From Candidatus Sungiibacteriota bacterium (lineage in GTDB: Bacteria > Patescibacteriota > Minisyncoccia > Sungbacterales > HO2-52-23): 64,000 bases of DNA. The DNA is taken from the NCBI GenBank assembly GCA_016206285.1, contig JACQRW010000024.1, forward strand, positions 1,376 to 65,375, written 5' to 3'. The notes under the pieces were generated by a model. That model made no database searches. It was not told the DNA's origin and saw only the letters and a list, made by a program, of their open reading frames with translations. Shown here in pieces: positions 48,992 through 59,104 of this stretch (its first letter is position 1; the number at the start of each line of letters is the position of its first letter). Position numbers and translations under genes: made by a program.

Positions 48992-49981
48992 CTAACGAAA
49001 CTGGCTTTTCAAAAGCGTACTGCCCATCAGAATTTCGTTTGCCCAGTAGGTACCAGTGGCGCCGGAGGACAGGATGTCGTATGTGTATCCGGCATCATAC
49101 GGCAAGAGTTCGATTTTTACCAGTACTGCGCCGTCAAGCACATCTCCTTGCTTCAAGCTCTTGACGAGCCGTGCATCCGCAGTAGGGTGATCGGGTGAAA
49201 CAAACAGCTCGCGGCCGTCAGCCAAAACCAGATGCGCCACGCGATGCGTTGCGGGTACGGATGTCTTTCCTGCCGCACGTACAACCGCGCGTACACGGTT
49301 TCCCAATGCATCGCTTGTCCATACCGCCATGCCCTCGCGCATGTTTTCCACCGCGATCTTTCCATTTGGCGTATCAATCAGCATGCCTGCAGCCAGACAT
49401 CTCGGGCAGCCGCCCATCGGCGGGTTGCCCGTAGTTTTTTCAAACGTGACCGTCTGGTTTGCAAAATCAATTCGCACCAGTTTTTCCGATACGCCCTCAC
49501 AGGCATACCCGATGTCATCGCCGATACGCAAAGTTTTCGGCACGCCCTCTCCGTACGCAACCGGATATTGCTGATACCACAAACCTTCAACCGTATCGAG
49601 ATTGATTTTTTGAATAAGAAAAGACCCTTCCTGCTCTCCCGCTTTTTTTATAATAATCTGCGAATGCGGAGAGGGTGTCGGCACAGGCACCGGCCGGGGT
49701 GCGGGACACGGCGCAAACTCGCATTTTGGCCCGGTGCGGCTCACATAACTCCCGTCCGGGCATTGTTTTGCATCCTGGGTACAGGCAACAGGCGGCACGG
49801 GAGCGGGATTCGGATTTGGAGCCGGAACCGGAACCGGAACCGGAGATTCAACGCCTCCCGAAGGTTCCAGAACTTCAAAAATATGATTACTTTTGATGAG
49901 AAGATAGGAAGAGATTATTGCCAGCAGGGCAATAATAATGACGAGAATCGGACTGACAAAACCGTTATTTTTTGTACGCAT
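48992..49981 (-). CDS. Membrane-anchored protein with Cys mini-domain and C-terminal Hint domain
   Basis: Pilin-like GF N-terminal TM, CTQDAKQCPDGSYV..CEFAPCP, CLAAGMLIDTPNG...SPDHP...YTYDI...YWANEIL. Confidence 0.8.
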   Translation of the reverse strand: MRTKNNGFVSPILVIIIALLAIISSYLLIKSNHIFEVLEPSGGVESPVPVPVPAPNPNPAPVPPVACTQDAKQCPDGSYVSRTGPKCEFAPCPAPRPVPVPTPSPHSQIIIKKAGEQEGSFLIQKINLDTVEGLWYQQYPVAYGEGVPKTLRIGDDIGYACEGVSEKLVRIDFANQTVTFEKTTGNPPMGGCPRCLAAGMLIDTPNGKIAVENMREGMAVWTSDALGNRVRAVVRAAGKTSVPATHRVAHLVLADGRELFVSPDHPTADARLVKSLKQGDVLDGAVLVKIELLPYDAGYTYDILSSGATGTYWANEILMGSTLLKSQFR

Positions 49982-50013
49982 AACCTTTGATAATTATGTT
50001 TGAAATAATAGTA

Positions 50014-50085
50014 TGCCCTCGGCAGGAATCGGACCCGCATCTTATCCTTAGGACGGATCTGCTCTATCCATTGAGCTACGAGGGC
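50014..50085 (-). tRNA. tRNA-Arg(CCU)
   Basis: Cloverleaf; anticodon CCT; atypical T-loop GTCCGATT. Confidence 0.88.
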
Positions 50086-50152
50086 CATTGCACTAAAGCT
50101 TCGCGGGACAAGCTCTTTCGCATTAATTTCCACATTATGCTATCATATTTTC

Positions 50153-51238
50153 ATGGCTTTCACAAACTACGAAGAACATGTTATCAAGACAATCGAAAAT
50201 GTCATGCCGGGCGTGGTCAGCATCATGGTCGGCAAAGAATACGAGGAGATTTTAGCCGAGCGTCCGCACGAACTCATGGTGCCGCATGGAAGCACGTTTG
50301 ACGCTCCGTCCCCCGCTTCCCCGCCAACCCCTCCCGAAGACGAGCTTCCGCATACGCCAAGCGGCAAAGTGCAGATCGGCGGCGGATCAGGTTTTTTGGT
50401 TGATCCGTCCGGACTGGTGCTTACCAACAAGCACGTCGTGTACGACCATGAAGCAGAATACATCGTTACCACTTCATCCGAAGACACCTACCGCGCCCGC
50501 GTGGTTGCGCGGGATCCGCTCAACGATGTCGCGATCCTGCAGATCGAGGGAGAAGATTTCCCCTATATCCCGCTCGGCAATTCCAACGCGATCAAGCTCG
50601 GCCAGACCGTGCTTGCCGTAGGTACGGCGCTGGGCGAGTTTCAGAATACCGTCTCATCCGGCATCGTATCCGGCCTTTCCCGTTTTATCACGGCAGTTAC
50701 GGATTCAGAGGGCCACTCGGAGCGTTTGCGCGGGCTTATCCAGACCGATGCCGCCATCAACCCGGGCAATTCCGGCGGCCCGCTCGTAAACCTCAAAGGC
50801 GAGGCAATCGGCATCAACGCCGCAGTGGTATTCGGCGCGCAAAATATCGGGTTCGCGATCCCCATCTCAAAAGCAAAACACGATCTGGAAGAATTAAAAA
50901 AATACGGCCGCATCCGGAGGCCGTTTCTCGGCGTACGCTATGTACTGCTTAACCCCATGCTCATGAAAAAGTTCAAACTGTCCGTAGAACACGGCGCATT
51001 TGTGCTTCGCGAAGGCACTCCGGACAGACCGGCCATTGTGGAAAAATCACCCGCTGACCGCGCAGGCATACAGGAAGGCGACATTATTCTCGCGCTCAAC
51101 GACACCCGGATCACGGACAAGACAACTCTCGAGGACGTGCTTGAAAATACGGCGCTTGGTGCCAGCATCTCCGTTACAGTATTGCGCAAAGGAGAAGAAA
51201 AAATGCTCACGCTCATTGCCGAGGAACGAACCGCATAA
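50153..51238 (+). CDS. HtrA/DegP-family serine protease with PDZ domain
   Basis: TNKHVV, IQTDAAINPGNSGGPL, C-terminal PDZ. Confidence 0.93.
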   Translation: MAFTNYEEHVIKTIENVMPGVVSIMVGKEYEEILAERPHELMVPHGSTFDAPSPASPPTPPEDELPHTPSGKVQIGGGSGFLVDPSGLVLTNKHVVYDHEAEYIVTTSSEDTYRARVVARDPLNDVAILQIEGEDFPYIPLGNSNAIKLGQTVLAVGTALGEFQNTVSSGIVSGLSRFITAVTDSEGHSERLRGLIQTDAAINPGNSGGPLVNLKGEAIGINAAVVFGAQNIGFAIPISKAKHDLEELKKYGRIRRPFLGVRYVLLNPMLMKKFKLSVEHGAFVLREGTPDRPAIVEKSPADRAGIQEGDIILALNDTRITDKTTLEDVLENTALGASISVTVLRKGEEKMLTLIAEERTA

Positions 51239-51290
51239 ACCACTGTCAACACTTTTTGAAACGATCGTCTGAAATTTGTTGACACAAATT

Positions 51291-51761
51291 TTATATTCCT
51301 TCCCGCCGGTCAACCAGACCACCGAGATAGTCGGCCTTATAAATCAGTGCTCCTCCCTGCGTGATTTTTTCCTCGCCGGAAAATTGCTCGATATCTCCTT
51401 CCCATGAATTCGTGTAGGCATATTCCCCTTCCTGATATTCTTTTGGCCCCCGAAACGGGTGGTCTTCGGGCATGCGCATGAGCGCGTTTCGCAAGACCTG
51501 ATATACAGGATTTGTCTCGACACCTTTCTCAACCCGGCCGTAATATACCATCATCCATATCGGCCTATCCTGATGAAACACGATTACCCTTCCGCCATAC
51601 GGCTCCCCGCCAAAAAAATTATCGTGCGATCTCCACTCGCCTTTTTGGAAAGGAATCGTGGTTGACCAGTCGGATTCTTTGATCCACTTCTTCTCCTCCC
51701 CGCCAGCGTATCCGGCCTTATTTGAATCAACCAAAAATTGCCGCAGTAATTCTTTGTTCAT
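51291..51761 (-). CDS. DUF5680-like hypothetical protein
   Basis: DNFFGGEPYGG, PFRGP, F.GEE motifs. Confidence 0.65.
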   Translation of the reverse strand: MNKELLRQFLVDSNKAGYAGGEEKKWIKESDWSTTIPFQKGEWRSHDNFFGGEPYGGRVIVFHQDRPIWMMVYYGRVEKGVETNPVYQVLRNALMRMPEDHPFRGPKEYQEGEYAYTNSWEGDIEQFSGEEKITQGGALIYKADYLGGLVDRREGI

Positions 51762-51782
51762 AAAAAGTTGCTTTGAAAAAAA

Positions 51783-52667
51783 TTATTCTGGTGTAATACT
51801 GCCAAGCACTACGATTGAAATGATGACCAATACAAGCCCGAGTATTTGATGATATTTGAGCTTCTCCCTGTTAAAATAGAAGCCCAGAAAACTTGCAAGC
51901 GCAATATAGCCCTCGCTTATACTGGTGGCAACCGCAATCGGAATATACAATGTCGCGTATGAAAACATGATCCATGCCAGATTATCAAAGAAACTCACGT
52001 TGAAAATCAATCTTTTATTTTGTTTGAAGTCGGCAGCGGCTTCCCGCAATCGGGAAGCAGAGATCAAATAAACAAAAGCGACAACCGCAATAAACGCGCT
52101 GGTGAACCAGTTGATCATAAGCGGGCTGATCGCCCGCGCGCCGATGCCAAAAAGAAAGTTCACGGCCCCCATGCACAAAGCCGCGGACAACGCGTACCAT
52201 ATGCCTTTTTCGAGATGGATAGTTTTAACATGATGGAACGACTTCGTGGATACGAGAAAAATCCCGATCATTGATGACCCGATCAGCAGACCCTGAAGCA
52301 AGGTAAGCCTTTCACGGATAATGTAGAGCGATAACACGACGGTAACGATAATCTCAAGCGCATAAATAGGCTCAATCACGGAGATTTTGCCCACTCTTAA
52401 GGCTTCGAAATCAAGCAGCGCCGCAAGCAATATGGCGCAGCTTGCAACAAGAAGCAGGATCGTATGGCTGTTCAAAGCGCTTGCGAGATCGCGATAGACA
52501 AAAGGAAGCAGGATGATCGAACCGAACGCAGTTATATAAAACAGCGCGATCCAGTCGCCGAATTTTCTGGCGCTTCGCTGGATCAGAAAATCGCCAAGAC
52601 CCCATGAAAACAACGCGGCAAGCGCAAAAAGAATTCCCATAAAGACGCGGACAAATTGTTGTCCCAT
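51783..52667 (-). CDS. DMT/EamA-family transporter
   Basis: 10 TM segments in two EamA-like repeats. Confidence 0.85.
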   Translation of the reverse strand: MGQQFVRVFMGILFALAALFSWGLGDFLIQRSARKFGDWIALFYITAFGSIILLPFVYRDLASALNSHTILLLVASCAILLAALLDFEALRVGKISVIEPIYALEIIVTVVLSLYIIRERLTLLQGLLIGSSMIGIFLVSTKSFHHVKTIHLEKGIWYALSAALCMGAVNFLFGIGARAISPLMINWFTSAFIAVVAFVYLISASRLREAAADFKQNKRLIFNVSFFDNLAWIMFSYATLYIPIAVATSISEGYIALASFLGFYFNREKLKYHQILGLVLVIISIVVLGSITPE

Positions 52668-52681
52668 TATTTAGTTTACCG

Positions 52682-52755
52682 TGGGCGGCTAACGGGAATC
52701 GAACCCGTGATAAGAGCTCCACAAGCTCCTGTGTTGCCTCTACACCATAGCCGCC
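52682..52755 (-). tRNA. tRNA-His(GUG)
   Basis: Encoded G-1, loop TT GTG GA, CCA encoded. Confidence 0.93.
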
Positions 52756-52843
52756 ATATATTTAGACAGTATAGCAGAAAAACGGCTCTTGACAAGGAGC
52801 TTCAGGGGGTATATTATGCAGATAGTAAGAAGCGAAACGCGTT

Positions 52844-53032
52844 ATGAGAAAGTTAAATGAAAGACAGCGCGAGGTATTGGCCGAAAAATTCGCGGATTTG
52901 GGAAATATTTCAATAGGATCGCTGGTATTCGGATTTGTTCTCCAGTCCAATGTCTTGAACGGATTGTCGTTGTTTATCGGGTTGGGTATTGCGTTTGCCA
53001 CCTACGGCATATCAATCTCATTACAAAAATAA
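52844..53032 (+). CDS. Small 2-TM protein
   Basis: LAEKFADLGN..GSLVFG; TTGACA promoter upstream. Confidence 0.6.
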   Translation: MRKLNERQREVLAEKFADLGNISIGSLVFGFVLQSNVLNGLSLFIGLGIAFATYGISISLQK

Positions 53033-53042
53033 CTCAAGAAAT

Positions 53043-53147
53043 ATGGTCCAGCAACTTTTCACACCATTGAACCTATTCTTGCTCGGCATACTGGCCATGA
53101 TACTTATTTTTGGCACATGGGGAATCATGTCGCGCCCGCACAGATAA
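53043..53147 (+). CDS. 34-aa hydrophobic peptide
   Basis: MVQQLFTPLNLFLLGILAMILIFGTWGIMSRPHR read directly from the sequence. Confidence 0.45.
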   Translation: MVQQLFTPLNLFLLGILAMILIFGTWGIMSRPHR

Positions 53148-53151
53148 CAAT

Positions 53152-53296
53152 ATGAAATTTATCATCACTCAAAACATCAGACATCATCATGCACGCTTCT
53201 CTTGCGAAAGAGGGTTACATTGATGCGTCCGGTTTCTCTTCTTAGTTTTATTCCGACATCAGCATAACCCCCTCTCGCAACGAGAGGGTTTTATTT
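53152..53296 (+). promoter_or_regulatory. His leader peptide and attenuator-like structure
   Basis: ORF 53152-53223 MKFIITQNIRHHHARFSCERGLH; terminator 53266-53296; alternative pairing with 53204-53217. Confidence 0.6.
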
Positions 53297-53332
53297 ATTG
53301 AATTATCAGCCATAAAATGATACTATTTTCTC

Positions 53333-54655
53333 ATGTCAGATCAAATCAAAAAACCTAACCGCATCAAGCCGGAGCTGCCGAGCGGGTTTCGGGATTACGG
53401 GCCCGCGGATGCGATTGCGAAGCAGGCGATGATTGATACGATTCGAAAGACCTTCGAGCGTTTTGGATTTGATCCGCTGGAGACCTCGTCGGTGCAGCGC
53501 ACCGAAGTGCTGACCGGAGGCGAGGAAGATTCGGGAAAGATCATCTTTAATGTAAAGGGATCACAGGAGGAAACTTCGGACAGTTCGCTTCGTTTCGATC
53601 TGACCGTGCCGCTTGCACGGTTCATGGCGGCCAATCCAGACCTGCCCAAACCCTTTAAGCGCTATCAGATCGGCAATGTCTGGCGCGGCGAGCGGCCCCA
53701 GCAGGGACGGTACCGCGAATTTCTTCAGGCGGATGTGGATATTGTAGGATCATCTTTGATCGATGCAGATGCGGAGATTGCAACCATTATCTATACCGTA
53801 TTCAAAAATCTCGGCATTGAGAATTTTGTCATCAACTACAACAACCGGAAGATGCTGGACATGCTTCCTAAATTTGCTGGATTCCCTGAAGAAAAACTAT
53901 GGGATGCGCTGCGTATTATAGATAAAAAAGACAAGATCGGAGAAGACGGGATTCGCGGCGAACTGGAGAAAAATTTTTCAGGATCGATCGCTGATAAGAT
54001 TTTAGAGTTTCTGACGGAGGATTTCGAACCCACGCTGCAAGGAGAGGGATTTAGTGAATACGGGAAAATTGCAAGTATGATTCTCCAAAGCACGGGGTGT
54101 GATGTCGATATGGTAAATAAATTTTTTAAATTAGAACGGACTCTTGTACGCGGACTCTCCTACTACACCGGATCGGTTTTTGAAGTAACGCTTCCAGATG
54201 CGCCTGAAATAGGCAGCGTGTGCGGCGGCGGAAGATATGATGAACTCGTCTCTCAATTTACCGGGCAGAACATCCCGGCGGTGGGCGTATCGTTTGGTGT
54301 TGACCGTCTGTTTGCCGCAATGGAAAAAATCGGAACGCTCAAGAAAAAACAAACGCTTACCCAAGTGCTCATTCTGCAACTGGATGCCAACCTGAAAGAT
54401 GAGTATCTTTCTATGGCACAAGAATTGCGCAATGCCGGGATCAACACCGCTCTTTACATGGGCGATGACTCGATGCTAAAAGGACAGCTGAATTACGCGC
54501 TTAAGAAAGAAATTCCGTACGTGGTGATCTGTGGCAGCCGTGAGAAAGAAAAAAACGTCGTTACGGTGAAAAATCTGGCAACGCGGGAACAGCAAGAGAT
54601 CACTAGAGAGAAGATAGTTGAATTTTTTGGAAAGCAAGCTGCTCTATGCGTTTGA
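53333..54655 (+). CDS. hisS: Histidine-tRNA ligase
   Basis: LRFDLTVP, GRYREFLQ, RGLSYYTG, GGGRYD. Confidence 0.96.
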   Translation: MSDQIKKPNRIKPELPSGFRDYGPADAIAKQAMIDTIRKTFERFGFDPLETSSVQRTEVLTGGEEDSGKIIFNVKGSQEETSDSSLRFDLTVPLARFMAANPDLPKPFKRYQIGNVWRGERPQQGRYREFLQADVDIVGSSLIDADAEIATIIYTVFKNLGIENFVINYNNRKMLDMLPKFAGFPEEKLWDALRIIDKKDKIGEDGIRGELEKNFSGSIADKILEFLTEDFEPTLQGEGFSEYGKIASMILQSTGCDVDMVNKFFKLERTLVRGLSYYTGSVFEVTLPDAPEIGSVCGGGRYDELVSQFTGQNIPAVGVSFGVDRLFAAMEKIGTLKKKQTLTQVLILQLDANLKDEYLSMAQELRNAGINTALYMGDDSMLKGQLNYALKKEIPYVVICGSREKEKNVVTVKNLATREQQEITREKIVEFFGKQAALCV

Positions 54656-54673
54656 AAATTGAAAATTAACTAA

Positions 54674-54745
54674 GCCCCCGTAGCTCAATGGATAGAGCAG
54701 TGCTCTTCTAAGGCATTGATGAGGGTTCGATTCCTTCCGGGGGCA
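54674..54745 (+). tRNA. tRNA-Arg(UCU)
   Basis: Cloverleaf; loop CT TCT AA. Confidence 0.92.
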
Positions 54746-54751
54746 ATTGCA

Positions 54752-55093
54752 TTATCGGGCTTTGGTTGACGATGCCGCACTCCCCGGCTCTTCATACACG
54801 CTCAAAATATCATCGAATTTTTTTTGGCGGGCATCGAGAAGCCCCAATGTTTCTGTGATTTCTTTTTCGGAAAGATTTATTTTCTTTTCGCTTCCGGCAA
54901 CAGGCTGGCGCACCTTGACTACATCGGTATAGAATACCAGGCCGTCAAAAAGCAGCACGCCCACGGCGAGCATTGCAAGAGCGTATGTGCCAATGACAAC
55001 GCTGCGTCCCCGCAGGATTCGAAAAGCCCGTGCTAAGAGGTTCTGTTTCGCATCCGGAGACGCGCGATGAAAGAATGAGGTGAAAAAAATCAT
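54752..55093 (-). CDS. Single-TM protein at the end of the pil operon
   Basis: Co-oriented after PilO-like gene; one TM. Confidence 0.6.
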   Translation of the reverse strand: MIFFTSFFHRASPDAKQNLLARAFRILRGRSVVIGTYALAMLAVGVLLFDGLVFYTDVVKVRQPVAGSEKKINLSEKEITETLGLLDARQKKFDDILSVYEEPGSAASSTKAR

Positions 55094-55097
55094 ACTA

Positions 55098-55616
55098 TTA
55101 CGGCAATGCCTTCACGCGTATGCCGATGCGCAAGCGGACTTTGGGCGAGTCCTCAATGCGTTGAATCGACAGATCGTCAATTATCAACTGGTATGGGGCT
55201 GACTCCATCAGTTTGAGAACATCTGCGACATTTTCTTCCGCCCCCTCGATGGTAAAACGAAAAGCCATCATGTCGCCGGCAGTTTCTCTATTGTCCAGAT
55301 CAATGGCGATTGCGGTGCGCGTCACAGCTCCAAGCGTCTCAAATTTTTTGAAAAATGCCACCGGATTTGTCCGGCTGATGCCAAGCGCCCGTATCCGGTC
55401 AAAATCGGCGCTATGCTCGCGAAGCAAGGTTTTGAGTGCTCCGGCCTGCTGCTGTTCCTTGCGCCGGGAAGCAATATCCGTATCGGACTGGAGAAGTTCG
55501 AATGCCGAATTCGCGACATATCCGTACATCCATACATACGCGGCAATAAGGGCGACTATGGCGGACATGACGCATATGCCGGTTACGAAAAGTTTTTGTA
55601 TTGGCTTTAATTTCAT
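55098..55616 (-). CDS. PilO-like pilus alignment protein
   Basis: TM plus coil plus ferredoxin-like domain; position after pilMN. Confidence 0.65.
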   Translation of the reverse strand: MKLKPIQKLFVTGICVMSAIVALIAAYVWMYGYVANSAFELLQSDTDIASRRKEQQQAGALKTLLREHSADFDRIRALGISRTNPVAFFKKFETLGAVTRTAIAIDLDNRETAGDMMAFRFTIEGAEENVADVLKLMESAPYQLIIDDLSIQRIEDSPKVRLRIGIRVKALP

Positions 55617-55621
55617 AGATA

Positions 55622-56167
55622 TTACAATTCCTGTCCTGCTTTTAATTTACCCCGCATCGTAAAGTGAATATCGGCGCTGCGGATGATATCGGAAATGGGA
55701 AAGGACACGCTTTCGAGCATCTGCGAATCTTGAAGTTGTTTCTGAAAAAGTAAAAGGTCATCCCGTGTCTGCGCAAATCCGCTTATGGCAACATCTCCGC
55801 CCCTTGCAATCGAGAGTGTTTCAACCCGGACCGATCCGGACCTGACAAAAAATGTTTTGACCGATTGTGATGCATATCCGCGGCGGTCAAGAAACAGGCG
55901 CGCCTCTTTCAACAGAACACCCGTCTGCATGGCATCGGAAAATGCTTCCCGTAAGTTGAGCTTTTCGGCAAGCATGGCTTCCGCGGAGGCCTGTTCCGAT
56001 ACGTTGCTCTGCGCCATGGAGAGAAAGATGTATGAAGGAGTCAGCAAGATCAACCCGATCATAAGAATCCCCGCAGCCCGTGCACCGAAAAAAGAAATAA
56101 GGCGGCGGTATTCTTCAAGCTGAACGGCTTTTTTTTCTTCCGGCGGAAGAAGATTGGCAGTAAGCAT
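55622..56167 (-). CDS. pilN: PilN-like protein
   Basis: NLLP motif, TM, ISGFAQTRDDLLLF. Confidence 0.75.
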   Translation of the reverse strand: MLTANLLPPEEKKAVQLEEYRRLISFFGARAAGILMIGLILLTPSYIFLSMAQSNVSEQASAEAMLAEKLNLREAFSDAMQTGVLLKEARLFLDRRGYASQSVKTFFVRSGSVRVETLSIARGGDVAISGFAQTRDDLLLFQKQLQDSQMLESVSFPISDIIRSADIHFTMRGKLKAGQEL

Positions 56168-56176
56168 AAAAAATTA

Positions 56177-57301
56177 TTATGAAGTACGAAGGCTCCGAAG
56201 CGCCAGACCAATGGTGGTTGCAAACGCCAGGGATTCATTTCTGCGAAGCGGCGGCACCGCAAATAAATGCCGGGGATACGCGGCAACCAACGGATCGGCA
56301 AGGCGCACCGGCAGACGCACCGCCTGGGAAAGATAGGTTTCAAGGCCAAAGAGACTGGCATCGCCCCCGACCAGCATGATGGATTGCACCGCATCAGACG
56401 CGCCATGCATATGTTCGGCATGATGGCTGTAATATGCAACCACCCGTTTTAATTCATCTCCAAGAACCGCCATAATCGGAAGCAGCGCATCAAATACGGC
56501 ACCATTCCGTTCTTTGCGGTTCAACCCGGTCTCGATTTTTATCAGGCGCGCCTCCTGCGGACTTATGTGAAAGGCTTTTGCGAGATGTTCTTCAAAAAGC
56601 TGTCCCCCCAGCTCAATCGTAGTCGTAAAAACGATCGCCCCGCCGACGCATACGATAAAACTGGTCCGGGTGCGCCCGATATCCACAATAATGCGGCTGA
56701 TGTTGTCGGCAAAATCCGGTACAACCGACCGGGTAATTGCCTGAGATTCGAGCTCAAGCGCGGCAAGCGACAGACCGGCGCGATGAAGCACCCGGACATA
56801 CCCCTCAATCAGCGATTTTGGAAAAGCCGTCACCGCCACGTCAAGATGATCCGTCTGTTTTGCGCGATCCGGCGGCACAATAATCTCATAATCATAAATC
56901 AACTCATCAAACGCAAGCGGAATATTCGCCTCTATTTCCCACCGGATCGCGTGTTCCACCTCCTCTTCTTTCATTTGTGGCAGCTGGATCACCCGCAAGA
57001 AACTTTTTTCTTCCGGAAGCGATACGACAAAAAACGACGACCGGGGAATCCGCTTTTCACCGGCCCGCCACTCGGAGAAAATGCGCGAAAGCTCGTCTTC
57101 TTTTTCTTTTTGAATCTCGCCTTTCACGATAATCCCCTCCGGCACGGAAAATTCACCGGAAGCCGCAAGGCCGTGTACGCCTTTTTTTATTTTGGGATCA
57201 AACGCAAGATATTTTACGGAAACATCCGAAATATCAAGCCCCGCGATCGGAAGCCGAACCATTGGACCGACATACTGCTCGATGAACTGTGAGATGCGCA
57301 T
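56177..57301 (-). CDS. pilM: Type IV pilus assembly protein PilM
   Basis: GLDISD, IVDIGRTRT, LVGGDA, TIGLALR. Confidence 0.9.
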   Translation of the reverse strand: MRISQFIEQYVGPMVRLPIAGLDISDVSVKYLAFDPKIKKGVHGLAASGEFSVPEGIIVKGEIQKEKEDELSRIFSEWRAGEKRIPRSSFFVVSLPEEKSFLRVIQLPQMKEEEVEHAIRWEIEANIPLAFDELIYDYEIIVPPDRAKQTDHLDVAVTAFPKSLIEGYVRVLHRAGLSLAALELESQAITRSVVPDFADNISRIIVDIGRTRTSFIVCVGGAIVFTTTIELGGQLFEEHLAKAFHISPQEARLIKIETGLNRKERNGAVFDALLPIMAVLGDELKRVVAYYSHHAEHMHGASDAVQSIMLVGGDASLFGLETYLSQAVRLPVRLADPLVAAYPRHLFAVPPLRRNESLAFATTIGLALRSLRTS

Positions 57302-57318
57302 AGGACTATTGTAGCAAA

Positions 57319-59091
57319 TTATGGCACCTGTTGCCACTCGTCAATCGAGTACCCGCCCGCAGGTCCGGAGGAAAACTGCAGGTTTGCCAGACCTGATTCA
57401 TACGTTACAACCGCTTTGTCCATATCAATGCCATAGGCAGTCACTTCTTTTGCCGTGGCATTGTTGCTCAGGTGGATGCGCCCGTGCGGCGCAAAGTAGA
57501 TGACGCCGGTCGAGTTATTGCTCACATCCATCACCTGGCTGGACGGCGTGTTTTTGGCGCTCACGAGAAGTACATAACTTCCCGAAGTGCCGGACCCGCC
57601 AAACGTACAATTGTTTGCCACGTCAATTTCATCATCGCCGACCACCACGCCGGAAAGCGTACCGTATCCCGAAGCGAGATTAAGGTGGCAATTGTTTGCA
57701 AAATCAATTTCCCCCTGCACCCAAAGCGTTCCCGCAATTGTCAAAGTTGCGCCGTTTTCAAATGTCAGGTCGCCGGTTATTTTTGCCGGACCAATGCTTT
57801 GAGACCCTGAAACAGTATAATTTCCGTTGATCACGGTACAGCCGGAACATGCGGCATCGTTTTTCCAGTCCTGGATCAAACCGTCGGTAATGGCAAATTC
57901 CTGCCGGATGGGATTTTCTATAATGCAATCGGAATTCGGGCATGAAGCACCATTGATAGTCACGTCTTCAAAAACATTTGCGCGGCCTTTGCTGGTCCCG
58001 CCGGATGCACCGATGGAGATGCCCTCTATTTTTGTGCTCACCCCGCCGATCCAGATTTTGAAATCAAGATCAGCATTTGTGTTCTTCCATGCAGCACTGC
58101 CCGAATCCCAGTCGTCCGCGTATTTGCCGGTATTATTACTATACGCATCAGAGGTATCCTTACGCCATATCCAATAGTTGGTGCCGGAATTTGATCCATA
58201 ATCAAGCACAATCCAATAGGTATTCCCGCTCACGACATTTGTCGGCGTTTCAAAAGAAACATTGATCCAAGATTCTGATGCCCCGATGCTGCTTTTGGAG
58301 ATAGTCGCACTGGCAAGACTTGCCGTTGACGGTTTGCCCCCATTATCAGCGGCGATATGTAACGTCAGGTCATTGGCGGGATTGCCGGCTTTCTTGATAT
58401 ACACCGAAACCCGATTAAGCGCGCCGGTCGAGGTGGCAAGAAAAGACTGCGCGATATCGCGGCTGCCCGTAGTTGTTGCAAACGCCTGATCCGCATCGCT
58501 CATCTCCCACGAGTAACTTGATGTCGCGGAAATACCGCCGGCAACAATCACATCTCCGGTCACGCTTCCCGATCCGGTTACGTTGCCGTTTGAATACACA
58601 TTTCCGACAACCTGTCCTTCGTTATGCGCAATATCAAGACCGCCGTCCCCAACCTGAATTCCATAATGAAAACTGATCGAATCAGTTGTAACGGTGATCT
58701 TGGTTTCGAGATTTTGCTGGAAATTATCGCGCTTGCCGGCCGAGCGCACTGTCTTTTGCGTGCCGGCTGTAGAAACGGTAATCGTAGTGGTGCCGTTGCC
58801 CACGTCGAGCGTTTCGCTTGCCGAATACTGTTTTCCCGAAACCACGCGGTAGACCATATCTTCAATGCCGCCTTCCGCAATGTACCGTGATTCGACCGAT
58901 TTGGTGAAAGCGGCATTGGTGCGCACCTCCTGTACGGCAAAAAACGTAAACCCGCCGACAATCGTGAGCGAAATAATCATTACCAGCAGCGTTGCGGTCA
59001 ACGCGACGTAACCGGCCGTTTTCCGGTGAAAACGGAATTTCCAATTTTTAATTTCTAATTTCCAAAGAATTTGGATTTTGGATTTTGACAT
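57319..59091 (-). CDS. PilX-like minor pilin or adhesin with large beta-rich domains
   Basis: G/YVAL N-terminal helix, AEGGIED, AQSF..YWIV beta-sandwich, beta-solenoid-like C-terminus. Confidence 0.75.
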   Translation of the reverse strand: MSKSKIQILWKLEIKNWKFRFHRKTAGYVALTATLLVMIISLTIVGGFTFFAVQEVRTNAAFTKSVESRYIAEGGIEDMVYRVVSGKQYSASETLDVGNGTTTITVSTAGTQKTVRSAGKRDNFQQNLETKITVTTDSISFHYGIQVGDGGLDIAHNEGQVVGNVYSNGNVTGSGSVTGDVIVAGGISATSSYSWEMSDADQAFATTTGSRDIAQSFLATSTGALNRVSVYIKKAGNPANDLTLHIAADNGGKPSTASLASATISKSSIGASESWINVSFETPTNVVSGNTYWIVLDYGSNSGTNYWIWRKDTSDAYSNNTGKYADDWDSGSAAWKNTNADLDFKIWIGGVSTKIEGISIGASGGTSKGRANVFEDVTINGASCPNSDCIIENPIRQEFAITDGLIQDWKNDAACSGCTVINGNYTVSGSQSIGPAKITGDLTFENGATLTIAGTLWVQGEIDFANNCHLNLASGYGTLSGVVVGDDEIDVANNCTFGGSGTSGSYVLLVSAKNTPSSQVMDVSNNSTGVIYFAPHGRIHLSNNATAKEVTAYGIDMDKAVVTYESGLANLQFSSGPAGGYSIDEWQQVP

Positions 59092-59104
59092 TTGAATTTT
59101 ATAG

